This document shows, one piece after another, positions 63,416 through 64,000 of a stretch of 64,000 nucleotides of DNA (positions within the stretch are counted from its first letter, which is position 1; each line of letters opens with the position of its first letter). Where the stretch lies: contig OZ242210.1 in the NCBI GenBank assembly GCA_965206315.1, positions 1,730,822 through 1,794,821 of the forward strand. The letters are read 5' to 3'. The notes beneath the pieces were generated by a model, which was given only the letters and a program-made list of their open reading frames with translations, was not told where the DNA came from and did no database searches. Made by a program: the position numbers and the translations under genes. This DNA is from Dehalococcoidia bacterium (GTDB lineage: Bacteria; Chloroflexota; Dehalococcoidia; Lucifugimonadales; Australimonadaceae).

Positions 63416-64000
63416 CTAGCCGGACTGGCGCATGGCGAGGTTGCCGCCGTCGACCGGCAGGTCCGCGCCGGTGATGAAGTCCGCGTTGTCGGAGACGAGG
63501 AAGAGGACGGCCTGCGCCTGGTCGCGGGGCTTGCCCCAGCGCCCGCGCGGCACGCTCTGCGGCACTTCGTCGTCGGGGCGCGCGGGCTTGCCGCCCACCG
63601 GCATGCCGGTCTGCGTCGGCGTGAGCGAGTTGACGCGGATTCCGTGCGGGGCGAGCTCCATCGCGCAGGCGCGCGTGAAGTTGAGGATGCCCGCCTTGGC
63701 CGACTGGTACGCGATCGCGCCGCTCTTGCCGCGGTGGCCGGACGTGGAGGCGACGTTGACGATGGCGCCGCCGGTGCCCTGCGCCACCATCTGCCGCGCG
63801 ACGTGCTGCGTGCAGTTGAACGTGCCCGCGAGGATGACGTCCACGACTTTGCGGAACGTGCCGAGGTCCTCGTCGAGCAGGCCGGGACTGCTGGTGATGG
63901 CCGCGTTGTTCACGAGGATGTCCACGTGGCCGTAGGCCGCGAGCGCCTGGGAAACGAGGTTCTCCATGTCCTCCGGCTTCGTGATGTCGCCGTCGACGGC
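63416..64000 (-). CDS. SDR-family oxidoreductase (FabG-like), N-terminus beyond the right edge
   Basis: ILVNNAA, SGAIAYQSAKAG (YxxxK) and the ITGADLPVDGG tail. The frame stays open to position 64000. Confidence 0.85.
   Translation of the reverse strand, partial: AVDGDITKPEDMENLVSQALAAYGHVDILVNNAAITSSPGLLDEDLGTFRKVVDVILAGTFNCTQHVARQMVAQGTGGAIVNVASTSGHRGKSGAIAYQSAKAGILNFTRACAMELAPHGIRVNSLTPTQTGMPVGGKPARPDDEVPQSVPRGRWGKPRDQAQAVLFLVSDNADFITGADLPVDGGNLAMRQSG

Overview
High-G+C bacterial chromosomal segment (by eye, high 60s %). The content is many luciferase-like/F420 oxidoreductases, three tandem Rieske oxygenases, an amidohydrolase-2, Pro/Thr-linker secreted proteins and dense REP-like hairpins. 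This resembles marine Chloroflexota (SAR202-like), but that taxonomic call is inference only. Housekeeping backbone: uvrA, accC plus a biotin carrier, hisIE/hisF, relA/spoT, hisS, prfA, nuoA, speH-speE, cvpA, holB and lysA. Visibly lower-G+C accessory patches interrupt it. (1) 300-3172: HTH controller with promoter/operator, an unknown protein, an amino-methyltransferase and a PLD-family nuclease with a duplicated Cys/His module. (2) 11074-16547, the main item: a defence island with a SIR2-APAZ protein translationally coupled to a short, catalytically dead prokaryotic Argonaute (SPARSA-type NAD-depleting system). It is followed by a Type II R-M pair (alpha-class amino-MTase plus Eco29kI-like GIY-YIG nuclease) bracketed by direct repeats. 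(3) 20120-21201: a Fic protein. (4) 27807-28741: an HNH mini-island. (5) 47480-48187: a single-polypeptide MNT-HepT fusion. (6) 51364-52124: a vapBC cassette that duplicated the 3-prime end of its host gene. Other notable items are a tandem DUF427 gene with an in-frame TGA at the conserved Cys position plus a SECIS-like hairpin, a voltage-gated channel with an acidic LEDWTD filter, a 227-bp near-identical direct repeat pair, and a roughly 130-bp intergenic repeat family. I saw no rRNA, tRNA, CRISPR array, transposase or integrase by eye. Many long Arg/Ala/Gly-rich ORFs in the track are antisense shadows typical of high-G+C DNA and were not annotated. Internal start sites were derived arithmetically from the ORF track and are approximate where noted.
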